The position numbers and the translations under genes are program-made. The notes beneath the pieces were generated by a model. That model was given only the letters and a program-made list of their open reading frames with translations. It made no database searches and was not told the DNA's origin. 64,000 bases of DNA, taken from NCBI RefSeq assembly GCF_001447785.1, contig NW_015170278.1:1851144-1915143 (forward strand), read 5' to 3'. Shown here piece by piece: positions 24,501 through 37,520 of this stretch. Numbering within the stretch: the first letter of the stretch is position 1; the number at the start of each line of letters is the position of its first letter. This DNA comes from Gekko japonicus (Eukaryota).

Positions 24501-27500
24501 CTCTCTGTATATGAAAATTACATATTATATATATATGAGCTTCATCTGTAGGACCCCTTTAGGAAGTAGAGGGCCAAAACTGCGACTTGATTTATCTCCA
24601 ACTTTTAAGAATCAATGACCCGTCTGGTCAATGTCAAGATAACAGGACAGCTCTTTACCCCTGCAGCAGTGCCTACGGTTGCTCCCAGAGGCATCATGGA
24701 GGCTGCAATACCGTTTACTGGTAAGTGAGACCCATTGACTGCAATGGAACTCAGTACTTGTGACTGAGCAGCAAGGAACAGAATTAAACTATTCCCTCAT
24801 TTATTTGCTGTTTAAACCTTGCCTGGGGAATTTGAAACAGAAGACATCTGCAGGAGCCCTTAATAGAAAAAACCTGCTGGTTAATATTGGCAGAATAATG
24901 TTGCTTCTTTCCGCCCAAAATTCATACATGGAACATTTACTCAATAACAGCCTATTGTGTTTATTTGAGAACTATGTTAATTATCAGAATGCTTGCCATA
25001 AAAATGCACTCCTTGCTTCTTTCGTAGAGGGCCACTGGCATATGGTAAAGCAGTACAGCTGTTAGTCTGGCCAGAATCTTTCACATCTCTGATATCTCTA
25101 CTGGTCCTCCTGTCTAAAATACAAGCCCTTTTACCCCTCTCCTTCCTAAACTCTTCCTCGGGGATCCCAGGGCAAGCCCTGAACTAATTGGATTCAATTA
25201 GCACTCCCTCCTTTATGACACACTGAAACTGATTGCATGCTGGACCTCCAGCACTCCCTTGCCTGGTCCTGACATCTGTTTAAAGCGTTTTCCCTGAGAT
25301 TTCAGTCTTGCCTGCAAGCATTTGTGTCTCCACGTATCCATGTAATGCACAATGCAGTATCCATCCCCCGCTCCTAATGTCTGCGTGAATATCTCATCTT
25401 GCTTGTTATATGTGAATGAATATGCCAATGAACAATCCTAAGTAAATCTACTCAGAAGTAAGCCCTATTTATCCAGTGGGGCTTACTCCCAGGAAAGATG
25501 CCCTAGGATTGCAACTCTTAGCATGTGCCTAACCAAATGATGTTTAGCTTTTGAGAGAAAGGCAAATCTCCACTCAAGGGAAGCTTCAGTGGGAAAGATG
25601 GTTGTGTACTGTGAGAAGCAGTTCAAAGTTTTTTTGCGGGGTGCAAAGCACTGTCCAGTGGCCCCACCATTAAGTACGTCACTCCTTCAGGTATACATGC
25701 ATGGACATGCATACCCTCCTGGAAAAGGAAATAAAGCATGATTCTTGCATGCTCCTTTATGATCCATTGTCACTAGCAAAGCTGAAAGGAATGTGAAAGT
25801 CTCTTGCTTTTCTCCCTCCAGGTACTCTCCCTGCCTTGAATGGAAGACTGCATCAGAGGTCCCCTATAACACTGCGGGGATCTGGTGTGTGTGTGTGTGT
25901 GTGGGATAATCTCCAATTACTGATGGGAATGGATGATCCAGGTTTTTGTGGTCTGCAGTGGGTTCTCTCCCATTCCATGAATTTCAGGAGACACCTCCAT
26001 CAAGAAGGAGAGTTGGATTTATACCCTTCCCTTTATTTGGAGTCTCAGAGTGGCTTACAGTCTCCTTTCCCTTCCCCTCCCCACAACAGACACCTTGTGA
26101 GGAGGAAGAGGAGGAGGAGGAGAAGGAGATTGGATTTATACCCCATCCTTCACCACCCAAAGGAGTCTCAGAGCGGTTGGTTTATAATCTAGTCACGCGG
26201 GATCCTTGGGTGTTCCCATGTATAAATTGTTTTATATTGTGCTTTTATTGTATTTTATTGCACTTTTGTGCCTTATGGCTGTAAGCCGCCCTGAGCCCGC
26301 ATGCGGGGAGGGCGGGGTATAAATGAAATTAAATAAATAAATAAATCTCCTTTCCCCTCCCCTCCCTACAACAGACACCCTGCGAGGTAGGTGGGGCTGA
26401 GAGAGCTCTGAGATAACTGGTCTTGAGGGAACAGCTCTGAGAGAACTGTGACTGACCCAAGGTCACCCGGTGTGGCATATGCAAATAAGTTATGCTAATG
26501 TGTTGTGCCAATGAGCTCCTGCAACTCTTTTTCTACGAAATGACCCCTTAGTACACCAAACTGGCTAAAAGATATAGGCACCACCACCCATTTTTCATAG
26601 AAAACCAAGAGACTTTCTCAAACAACTTTAAGACTGTGTCTGTTATCAGCTCATCTCTGCGGTGTTCTGGACCCTAAATTCTATTCCTATTCAAATTCTA
26701 ATAATTCCTGGGCCCAGAAATGTTAACATGGGACCCAAGTGTAAATATTATCCATATTTTAAGGGTGCCTAATCCTCTTGAAATAATATATTTCATTTCC
26801 TGAAAAAATAACATAGGATTTTGCAGTTGCCACTCCTGCTGGTAACACCAGATTGGTGAGTCCTTGAGCATCTTCATGATGGAGTACCAAGGAGGAGGTG
26901 GGCAGGGAGAATTCGGGTCAAAGCCCCTTTGGCTAGAGTAGCTAGAGTAAAGGGGAGAATTTTTGCAGGAGCTTTTTCTGTCATCACGGCAGTATTAGGG
27001 CAGGTAGCTAGTTGAAATTCATATCATGTAAATTCATTCATGTAAAAGGCACTACTATTAATTGTAGCACACCTAGATCAGCCTGAAGCTGGATGAGGAC
27101 GATGGAGCAAACTGATAAGTACAACCAAGGTTTTGCATAAACGAGGCTTAAACTACCTTTTCGTTTCTGACACTTCATGAGGACAATGTTAAGATGGCAT
27201 TAGAGGATGTCATGATCTGGCCAACTCTGGACAATTGAAAGTTTCAGCTTACACAAAAAGTACTTTAAATTCCATGTCTTTAAATGGATATTTCCATTTC
27301 AACTGGCAGAATCATGTCAAAGATACATCAGAACTTTAAGACTTCCTCAAGCAAAGATGTGTGTGGGTTCTGTCATTCCAGTCCACACTAAAAAGATCCA
27401 GGCAGACTCTGTAACATTTAAGGCTGATAGGCAGGAAACTCAGCAAGGCATTAGATGATGGAACTTGTTATATATATATTTTAAAATCCTACTATTCCCC

Positions 27501-28108
27501 CAAGAAAATGTTCTTCCCCTCCCTCATTCTATCTTCACAAGAACCTCATGAAGGCAGTCATTCTAGTAACTTAGTGAACTTCATGTTACACACTAACCAT
27601 TACACTACACTGAAGGTGTGGAAGCAAGTGGAGTATTTGCTTAGAAACCCCTGCTATTATGAAATCCTCCTCAAACCCCTGGATTTTGCTTTTATCAATA
27701 CGAGAATACTGAGAATCACTGTAAAATGGATTTTTTTAAATAAAGGTTTTGATTTTGAAGAGAAAGTCCGAAACACCTTTCCTTCTAAAAAGAAAACGCC
27801 CAGCAGTTCAAAGCAGTTTAAAGAGTGGTTTATAATACGTAACACTATGGGAACTTTCACACATGCTAAATAATGCAGTTTCAATCCACTTCAGCAACCG
27901 TTTGCAAGTAGATTTTGCCATTTCACACAGTAAAATCCAGTTGCAAAGTGGATTGAAAGAAGATTGAAAGTGGGCTTGGATGGAAGTAAGGTCCACTGTG
28001 CTCGATGACATTTACTTCCAAGCAAGTGCACAGAGAATTGCAGCCCTATTGATTTGGTCCTTGCATTCTGTTGTCTTGCTTTGCAACCAGAGCTACTTAT
28101 ATTGTCAT

Positions 28109-28314
28109 CAGTGTTCCCTCTAAGCTGAGTTGGTGTGAGCTAGCTCACCGTTTTTTAGCTTCCAGCTCACACATTTTTGTCTTAGATCAGGAAGAATGGC
28201 TCCAGAGCAAACTAATTTATGCAGTAGCCAAATGGCTTGCTCACAACTTTAATGCCGGTAGCTCACAGAGTAGAATTTTTGCTCACAAGACTCAACAGCT
28301 TAGAGGGAACATTG
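28109..28314. mobile_element. hAT MITE about 0.7 kb upstream of the semaphorin TATA box
   Basis: TIRs CAGTGTTCCCTCTAAGCTG / CAGCTTAGAGGGAACATTG and perfect 8-bp TSD ATTGTCAT. Confidence 0.85.
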
Positions 28315-28729
28315 ATTGTCATATCTATTGGTTGGATTTTAACACTAAGTCAAACAACCCATTTTTATTTTTTTCCCTCTCTGTTAAAAAATTCCCTAAA
28401 TCTATTGGCACCCAAGCAGGGTGTGCATACAACGACCTCAGTTTAGAGGAAGTTGAGGTACTGGTTCAGCTAACTGGACGTTTGGCAATAAAAAGAATCT
28501 GAAGGGCAGTTCTGGAACTTTTCCGCTGGGATGGAATCCTAATCAATACATTTCTTTAGTATGGGGGAAGGAGCTAGTTGAGGTCGGGGTGGAAAAGCTA
28601 TTGTAAGCACGGGGAGCTGGTCGGTAGGAAAATATTCCTGGCCTTGGTTTTTTTTTTTTTTTAACCTCAGTCAGAGATCGAATTCATTCGCTTTTTGAAT
28701 GAATGTGGGACAGGCAGGCAGTGGAACTA

Positions 28730-29240
28730 CAGCAGGGAGCCGTTTGGCTCCGTGCTCTTCCTTCCAGCTCTACAGGAGGCGAGAGGGAGCAGAAGGACTG
28801 GAGAGTATTAAAATACCACACGCACGCGGCCCGGAGGATGGCTCCTTTTTCGGGAGCCCGGTGTGGGCAGCTAGCTGGGCGGCGGACGCGTGCAGTTGCC
28901 GGGAAGCCCTCGCAGGCAGGCCTCCTTCCTTTCCCCTCATCGCTTGTTCTGTGGCATTCCCGTTGCAAGGAGCTGGGTGGAGCCCTGCAAGTATAAAACT
29001 TTGCAGTAGGCTTGCAGCCGGCTGTGCTCCTGAGGGCAAACAGCGTTTTGTTAACTGAGAGAGGGAGAAAGCGCGGGCTCTGTTGGAGCCCTTCTGGCCG
29101 GCTGGGACTCTAGCAGTTGGCGGTGATCCCTGACGGGACTGGAGAGAGGGATTAGACCCCACTGAGATTACAGCGAACAAGGGCTCCCTGCAAGGGGAGG
29201 GCAGCCGCGGCAGCAAGAGCGGAGTGAGAGGCAAGTGACC
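28730..29240 (+). promoter_or_regulatory. CpG-rich promoter and 5'UTR of the semaphorin gene, TATA box TATAAAA at 28992-28998
   Basis: Local GC/CpG enrichment, GGGCGG box near 28877, canonical TATAAAA ~250 bp before the ATG, ATG-free leader. Confidence 0.7.
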
Positions 29241-29364
29241 ATGCCGCGTGGATACATCTCCTTCGCTGGCCTGACCCCCTGGTGGTGGCTTATCATGGGG
29301 AGTCTCTTTGCCAGCTGTGAGGCCACCAAAGGCAGCGTGCCCCGACTTCGCCTCTCATATAAAG
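29241..29364 (+). CDS. SEMA3G: Coding exon 1 of a class-3 semaphorin (signal peptide and start of mature protein); best match SEMA3G
   Basis: Translates MPRGYISFAGLTPWWWLIMGSLFASCEATKGSVPRLRLSYK plus 1 nt, then AG|GTAAGC donor (phase 1). PRLRLSY(K/R) ending exon 1 in phase 1 is characteristic of SEMA3 genes. W-L-x-G-x-L...SVPRLRLSY resembles SEMA3G more than SEMA3A (NVPRLKLSYK) or SEMA3B/F (LSF). Kozak accATG, no upstream ATG after the TATA box. Family call is strong; paralog call is moderate. Confidence 0.85.
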
Positions 29365-29843
29365 GTAAGCTTTGTGAATCTATTTCAGTACTAAGCAGGT
29401 CTCTCTCTCTTTAGTCATGTTGATAGATAGTCATGTTGATAGATAGTCCCATTTCACAGATGTGGAACTGAGGCTGAGAAAGGGCCGCTTGTCAAAGAGA
29501 CTACGGGGGAGTTGGGGGTTGAAGTCTAATTTCCCAGGACCCTCACATGAAATATCAATCAACTTTTGTTTCAGTTGGACTGTAATGAAAATTTAAAACC
29601 CGCTTTGTCCAGAATCTTCACAGTTTTGATCTAATATTGATTTTCTACAGTTTCTACTGTGGATTAATAGCATGTATGTCGTAAAAGAGGCGCAGAGGTT
29701 TTTTTTAATAAACGTAATGGTTGTTAATTAAAACATTTCACTTTCTGGAACACAGTGAAATCACTGTGTCCCTGAGCAGTATGGGCAAGGGATGGCCTCT
29801 GACTTCATACCCATTTTTCTGGATTCACTATTAACTCCTGAAT

Positions 29844-30102
29844 CCCACATGGAGAGTTTTTTGGACCGAGATCCAAATTCTTAAAAGAGTTGGGGAATGT
29901 TATAATCCATTTAATATCCTTGGTCATGATTTGTGTGTCAAGTTCAGTAGGAAAAAAGGCAGGAAAATGCACAAAACCCACATGGAGAGTTTTTTGGACT
30001 GAGATCCAAATTCTTAAAAGAGTTGGGGAATGTTATAATCCATTTAATATCCTTGGTCATGATTTGTGTGTCAAGTTCAGTAGGAAAAAAGGCAGGAAAA
30101 TG
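29844..30102. repeat. 126-bp tandem duplication (29844-29969 and 29977-30102)
   Basis: Near-identical copies separated by a 7-bp spacer. Confidence 0.9.
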
Positions 30103-33100
30103 GCATAAAGAAGAAAGATCTTGGTGTCAGGTGAGAAGCAAAACTTGGCTGGTTTTGTAAGTGTTCCAGGGATCAAGAGTGCAAATATGATGAAAAGTGT
30201 GGGTGTGTTTTAGTTACATGGAGATGCTGGGGAGAGAGAGTTGTATGTACTTTTTAATGCATCAGAGTTCACCCCCCCCCGCGTCAACTCCTTTATCATT
30301 CGTGCAGGAACACATCCAACGGCACTATTTTCAGTAACACGTATCTGTACATTGCACAATACATAGGGGGGGAAACCCCTTGTGCAACCAACTGGCAGGA
30401 CATCTAAAGCTTAATTTTCTTGGCTCAGAGAATTAGGAAGCCAGTCAGGTATCCTTATAGGATGTGCTCAAGGATAGGAGAAAGGATGAGCAGAAGGGCC
30501 CCCCCACTGTTCCCCGTGTCTACAAATGTGAGAAAGAGACTTCAAAGGCATGTCCCCACAAGTGAGGGTTGCCAGTTGACCAGAAAGATGCTCTTGTAAC
30601 TGTAAAGGCAATCTGGTGTGTAATAATAAACAAAGTTTTTTTTACAGCATGCAGAAGACCACTTGCTAACTTCTGCTTACCATGTTGCAGTAAAGGCACA
30701 AGTTCTGGGGCCAGTAAAAGAGTTAACAACATTAAATCCACCCTGATTCAAATCCTGCTTGGATTTGGTCCTTTCTCTTTGTCACAGTGGTATCCAATCA
30801 AAAGAACACCATGTTATCAAATCTCCTTTATTTTTGGGAGTACCGTTTGTACCTATGGCAGTTGCTTCTTTTCACCCTTGCGAGAGTATGTCAAACGGTA
30901 GTACAGTCAACTAAGGGCCAGTGCATGGCAGGGCTTTGCTCACAGGGATGTGCTATTTGTGTGAAATTGTATGTTTTTCTTCATCAGGGCAGCCTATACT
31001 GCTGATGCAATTGGCAGAATTATGTTGGCTGAAAAAATTGCTCCCATGGTCACAGACGCCATGATGGTCACATGGAAGCTCTCATACATGCAAATGCTGT
31101 GACCTGTTACTAGGAGACCAAGAAATATAGCCTATAGTAGGTTAGAGAAATACTGGAGTCTTTATGAACATGTGAAGAAACCTCATATGAATTTGATGAC
31201 TGATTAGAAAGCATCAGACAAGTCAAATAATTGATCTGACTAGTCCAGTAATGATCTTTTCTGATTATTTCTGGCTCCTCAAGTCTGACACAGAGGCCTT
31301 TCCCATCCTGGCTGTTTAAAATTATTTTGTTAGTTGGGGAAGCCAGAGATTGAACCTAGAACCTTCTGTATGCAAAGCTCTGTCACTGAGCTATGTTGCC
31401 CCTTCCTATAGTCTGTTTTGTTTCAGCTGTCAAGGCTGTGTTGTCATTGGCCTGAAGGTGAAAGGGGGGGGGAGAGAGACAGTGTCTTGGAACAGGTGGC
31501 ACCCATGGGAAGGAGCTGGAATGCTCTGAGGAAGTATCCCAAACCCTTGCAAGAAGAAACTTCTCAGCAGTGAGTCATGACTAGTCCTGAGATATTGTTT
31601 CACTTGGCTGAGGGAATAGTCCATTCTAGGTATCAGGGTAGCAAAGTCTGAACTTGTGTGACTAGGGTAGGCTGAAGGATATGCCTGCTTTCCATATTTA
31701 TATGCTGTATATTTCCTTACCTGGACTAGTACATAAGCCAGGATTGATGGCTTATTAGCCAGAAGCTTCCCTCCCTTCTTCATCATCACTCACCTGCCAT
31801 CATTTCTCAAAATGTTAATGACTTGACAGATCTGTAGTACCATATTATTCATACAAAGTATAGTGTACTAGGACAGTGACTGGTTGTCAATTGTCCTCAG
31901 TCACAACAGAAAATGAGGCACTTTCTAGAATCAGGGATGGTGGCTATATGGAGCCTTTCCTTCTCTTCTGTGTCTAGACTAAAGTAGGGACTTCTGGGAA
32001 TGGTGATGGATTCCCAGTAGAGAAGCAGGAACCAGGATACAGCTGCACAATCCAGGACACAGCTGCAACAGTGTACTGAATAAGGGGATCTCTCCTTAGC
32101 CTCTTGCAATATACTTTGTGTATGTTCAGTATTACAGTAACCATTATTCTCAGAGTCCAAGATAGAAATAATGACCTCAAAGGCTAAGTTGTGTTTTAAG
32201 GCCTGGGACAGGAATTCCTGGTGTTTCCTGATGCTGCAGGGTTGGCAGCATTCCAGTCAGAAAGACTAAAGTTGTCATACTTGATGGAGAACCCATGCTC
32301 CAAACTCACTTAAGTCAATAGGGTTCTCTTCTGAGAATGGAAATCCTGGGACAGAAGGGTACCGCAGTTGCCATGTGTGGTGTAAAGCGTTAGCACTTTA
32401 GCTTCTTGCAGTACAAAGCGAGTAAGAAGGAGAAAGTGCAAGAAGCAAGAACCAGTGACAAAAAATCTGGGCTCATGGCCTAGCAAGAGGGTGTGATTGT
32501 TTTTGAGGGCTGGCTCTTATGAAGGCTCTTATGGAACTTATATTGATTCTCATGGGAATATGTGGAAGGGATTATTGTTTGTGAGTAGTATGAGATCTCA
32601 CTGAGATATTTCTACAGCTTAAATAGCAGCTGCACATGAGTAGACGGAAACTCCGCTTTTTGACAAAAGAGAAGACTCTTCATTGATCCAAGATCCAACT
32701 GCGTGTAAAATGAGAGCCTGTGAGCAGCAAACAAAGTCTCCTTAACCTCAAACAGCCTAAGGGAAATGGGGCAGCGGGGTTGGGGGGGGGGGGGGGAGAG
32801 AAGACTGCCTTTAAGAGCTGCTGAAGGACTTCAGGAAACACAAAACAGAAGAGTTGGGTTTGTGCTGTCTCTGATAGGATGCTTATGCAAACTTTTCAGA
32901 AGACAGATGTGGTATTGGCTCCAGCCCAGCCTGATGTGAAGTTTGTAGCTTACAGTCTGAGAGTCCCAGAGCTGGGAGAGGTAATGAATGTATTTATTTA
33001 GACTCTTCAGTGGTGGTTTCAGTTGAAGCCTTAAAGGTTTCTGTGGTCATGGTCATTTTCGTTTTCAAATGAGAAAGGGCCAGTCCTGCATCCTGAACTT

Positions 33101-34789
33101 CCTCTGGGAGCTTTAGGAAGGAAGAGGACTAATCTCGCCTCCCCACAGAAAGAAATTCTTCATCAGGCCCAAAACCCTTGTTATGGAGTCCAAATGCCAA
33201 AGAAGTTGTCTTGAGGGCCCAGGAAGGCCATGGGCGCCAGAGACCTGGCAAAACAGGAAAAATCATAATGAACATATGGCTTCTAGCCCTCTGATTCGCT
33301 ACAGAAGCATAAGGCAATAAGACAAAAACTAACTTGCCAAATACAGTTTGATACATTGGTTTTCTAAAACCTTTAAATCATAATAGGAAGTATTATAAAT
33401 TGAGCCAAGTAGGAATATTTTGCAAGCAGCTTCAAACTAGGAGGATCTGTGTGACAATTTGTTTTCTCAAGACCTGGTATCTTTTTGGGGATTTGCTGCA
33501 GCTGAGATGGAAGATGAAGTTAGTAGACTAGTATAGTTCTTAGGAGAGACCTCCTGAGAGCAACCACTAGCTTCAAGAGATTCCTCACTTTCAAATGGTA
33601 TACATCCCACCTTGCTTGATTAGAACAGGTATATTACTACTATTCCACAGTGGTACCTTGGCATGATAAAAACAAATTTGGGCCCCCAGGGTAACCCAGG
33701 CCTCTGGAATTCTGTGCCCTTAGAATCCCCCCTCCTTTAGCAACCCTGCTTCTGGATATCCACAGACCTTAGGGAGCCCTGTGTGGCATGAGTGTTGGAT
33801 TCTCCTATATAACACTATTAGCGATGCAATGTACCTTACAGCCACCTCCTCTCTGCTTTCTCTTCTGTTGGAGCTGGAGGATGAGAAAGTGCAAATGTGG
33901 TATAACCATACTCTAACAAAATGGAGAGCTACCAATTAAAAATACATTCCCAGTTTCAAAAAAATGCTGGCTGTGAATCTTCTGTTTTTTGCTTTGGAAT
34001 CTAGTATCTTTGGCATTCCCACAGAACCCAACGGCTCTATTTCTGTGTGGAAATCTACGGTTGCCTTACCGATTGTTATTTTGAGCTACCCCTTCACATT
34101 CTTAGGCATTGCTCCAACTGCCTTGATTATCACTAGAGTAAAGTGTAGGTCCTGTTTTAATAATAGCTCCTATTATTTTTCTGTGAGCATTTATATACTG
34201 CCATACAAACTATGGGTAGCTTCTCTTGAAGAGGTGTTGAAAGAAATAGTTTCAAAACATCCAATCTTGGTATTTTAATGGATCAGGACAAGGGCCTTTC
34301 TTTCAATCAGACCCTTGGAAATATCCTAAATTTGTTTTTATCATGCCAATCACTCCATTAAAAGCTGATTTAAATGTTACCTCACTGGCGTGGCTGGATT
34401 CCACTGCTGAAAAGTGCTCTCTGTAAATGTGGAAACATCTGAATCTGCTTTCTATGTGAATTGCCTGAGTTGGAAGAGATTCACAAGTTATCACGACTGC
34501 GCTGACCCCAAAATAACTGCATTCTGATATCTAGCATTCTTTCCCCCTGTGCTTGGTCTTCTGTTTCTTTTATGAGAGAAGAATAGCAATAATTGCTAAA
34601 GATTATGAATATTTTACAGGATAGCATGGGGCATATTCTAACCAACTGCTTTTGGCTGGTACCAGGTTTGTTTCAGTAAGGGACCAAAGATTCATTTCTG
34701 TGCTTTTCAACATTAAAACTAAAGATTCATTTTGAATAAAATGAGTCTCCTGTTTATCAGGAAGGCATCTTTAACATCAAAAATAACAT

Positions 34790-35012
34790 GTACATGCCCT
34801 GACCTGGATAGCCAAGGCAAGCCCAGTCTCGTCAGATCTCTGACGCTAAGCAGGTCCGATCCTGGCAAGTACTTGGAAGGGAGACCTCCAAGGAACACCA
34901 GGGCTTGGGATGCAGAGGCAGGCTACTCAAGCCACCTCTCTGAAAACATCCAAGCCCCGGTAGGGGTCACCAGAAGTCACCATGACTTCCAGGCACGCAA
35001 GCACACACACAC
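34790..35012 (+). mobile_element. 5S rRNA-derived SINE
   Basis: gcccagtctcgtcagatctctgacgctaagcagg...gtacttggaagggagacc 5S-like head and (CA)n tail. Further copies at ~48620-48800 (-) and ~57580-57740 (-). Confidence 0.7.
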
Positions 35013-35389
35013 ACAAAATAGCCCCCCCCCCATTATACATTGCAGGAAGTTTGAAATGTGATTGTGAATCAGCCCTTTTTCCACACACACACACAAAATA
35101 GCCCCCCCCCAAGACATGTACATTATACATTGCAGGAAGTCTGAAATGTGATTGTGAATCAGCCCTTTTCCATATCCCTCAATTGATTCCGAAACACATT
35201 AGAATTGCCTTTGTGTTTTTTCATATGTATACACCAACAGTAGGAAAAGTGTTGAAAAGTAAGTGGCATGTGTAAATCTGGCTGTAGGTACAACTGACTG
35301 GAAATACTAATATATTTAGCAATTACGTTACATTCATGAATTTTTCACTAATTAAACTGCTGCAGTTTTACTAGTAATAATAGTGACAC

Positions 35390-36152
35390 CACAAACAATG
35401 GAGGCCCAGGTAGCAGTCACTGCCAGATCAGCCTTTTACCATCTTTGGCTGATTAGACAGTTGGTTCCCTTCCTTGACNNNNNNNNNNNNNNNNNNNNNN
35501 NNNNNNNNNNNNNNNNNNNNNNNNNNNNNNNNNNNNNNNNNNNNNNNNNNNNNNNNNNNNNNNNNNNNNNNNNNNNNNNNNNNNNNNNNNNNNNNNNNNN
35601 NNNNNNNNNNNNNNNNNNNNNNNNNNNNNNNNNNNNNNNNNNNNNNNNNNNNNNNNNNNNNNNNNNNNNNNNNNNNNNNNNNNNNNNNNNNNNNNNNNNN
35701 NNNNNNNNNNNNNNNNNNNNNNNNNNNNNNNNNNNNNNNNNNNNNNNNNNNNNNNNNNNNNNNNNNNNNNNNNNNNNNNNNNNNNNNNNNNNNNNNNNNN
35801 NNNNNNNNNNNNNNNNNNNNNNNNNNNNNNNNNNNNNNNNNNNNNNNNNNNNNNNNNNNNNNNNNNNNNNNNNNNNNNNNNNNNNNNNNNNNNNNNNNNN
35901 NNNNNNNNNNNNNNNNNNNNNNNNNNNNNNNNNNNNNNNNNNNNNNNNNNNNNNNNNNNNNNNNNNNNNNNNNNNNNNNNNNNNNNNNNNNNNNNNNNNN
36001 NNNNNNNNNNNNATATTGAATTGTTTTATAATTGAACTGTTTTTAGATGATTTTATGATAAATTCAACTGTTAATTCATGCATTATATAAGTCGCCCTGA
36101 GCCTGCTCCGGCGGGGAGGGCAGGGTATAAATTGAATAAATAAATAAATAAA
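35390..36152 (+). mobile_element. L2 LINE fragment spanning an assembly gap
   Basis: MEAQVAVTARSAFYHLWLIRQLVPFLD before the gap. taagtcgccctgagcc...gggtataaat (TAAA)n tail after it. Confidence 0.7.
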
Positions 36153-36314
36153 TGTAAAAGGATTTTATGTGTGTCTTTTTATTGTAGACATATCATCTTC
36201 CATTAGCTGTCTTCTGAAATGCTGGCAGTAGCGTGCCTAGACAGTAAAATAATAACCCACGTAACCCATTTTTGTATCATGCGCTAGCTCATTGACTGCT
36301 GTATGGCCCTCTAT

Positions 36315-36528
36315 GGGGAAGGGCCGTGGCTCAGTGTTAGAGTGGAGCATCTGCTTGGCATGCAGAAGGTCCCAGGTTCAGTCCCTGGCATCTCCGGTGA
36401 AAGGATCTAGCAGTAGGTAATGTGAAAAACCTCTATCTGAGACTTTGGAGAACTGCTACCAGTCTTAGACAGTATGGACTTTGGTGGGTAGAGGGTCTGG
36501 TTCAGTATCAGGCAGTTTCACATGTTCA
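36315..36528 (+). mobile_element. tRNA-derived SINE with CR1-like tail (Squam2-like)
   Basis: ggccgtggctcagtg...gcatgcagaaggtcccaggttcagtccctggc tRNA-like head and tail ggttcagtatcaggcagtttcacatgttc. Confidence 0.6.
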
Positions 36529-37232
36529 GTCTTGAAAAGATAGCCCTCTTCCAAGCTTGGTTAGAAGTACAGACAGCACCTGTTACACACCGCCATAAAT
36601 GCCCAGACAAACTGAGCTGTAATGGGGTGATGGTGAGGAGGATTTGGGCACAGATCTGGCTGAGTGCTAAATTCTTCTAGAGCAGTGCAGTAAGCAGTCT
36701 ATGCCAGATCCCACTTGGAGAAGTGGAATGGTCAAGGTGACCTTTTTTATTTTCCTTCTTTCAACGAAACACATCACATCCTCGCCTTTCTCCCTGGGCA
36801 CACAAAAGTGTCTTGCTCACCTCTCACCCTCTCTGTTTCCATTCTCTTGTAGTTTATTTTTAAACAGCTCATCCTTCTGTGCTGTGGTTTATTTATTTCT
36901 TTTTAAATAAGGAACTACCTCTTGGGCTTGCAGCTTCAACTCCCCCTACACAGCAGCCTTTGTGGAGGAATACTTCGAATGGTTACATTTGTTGAAGGCC
37001 TGGCCACTGTGGAATTTTATCTATCCCGCTTTCTGTGCCTTTAGTTAAGTAGCATTAATTTCAACAAGCTATGTTAATGATCTTTTTTCGGTTTAACAGA
37101 GAGATCTATGGATCTTCAAATCTTTCATAGTCTGAGCTTAGCATCACTTTAGGTTGTATTCTTAAAATCCATATATACGAGCAAAATTTATTATTTGAAA
37201 GTCTTATGGTTTGCAGACTGTTACCTGAGGAT

Positions 37233-37520
37233 TTCATAGAATCATAGAGTTGGAAGGGACCCCCAGGATCATCTACTCCAATGCCCTGCACAGTGCAGGA
37301 AATTCATAACGACCTCCCCCCACAACCTCACTGACCCCTACTCCATGTCCAGAAGATGGCCAAGAAAAAAAACCCAAAACCCTCCAGGATCCCTGGCTAA
37401 ACTGGCCTGGAGAAAATGGCTTCCTGACCCCACAGTAGTGATTGGCATTTCCCTGGGCATGTAAGAAAGAGCCACAAGAACTAAGCACTGATGCAGCCCT
37501 TCCTGGCCTCCCTCTCATGA
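37233..37520 (-). mobile_element. CR1 LINE 3'UTR fragment
   Basis: catagaatcatagagttggaaggg tail and 3'UTR as in the other CR1 copies. Confidence 0.8.

Noticed and set aside
28684-29234. Antisense and sense ORFs over the semaphorin promoter
   Set aside because: GC-rich promoter and UTR sequence with no recognisable protein features.
36315-36395. tRNA gene
   Set aside because: tRNA-like head of a SINE continuing into a CR1-like tail; no clean cloverleaf.
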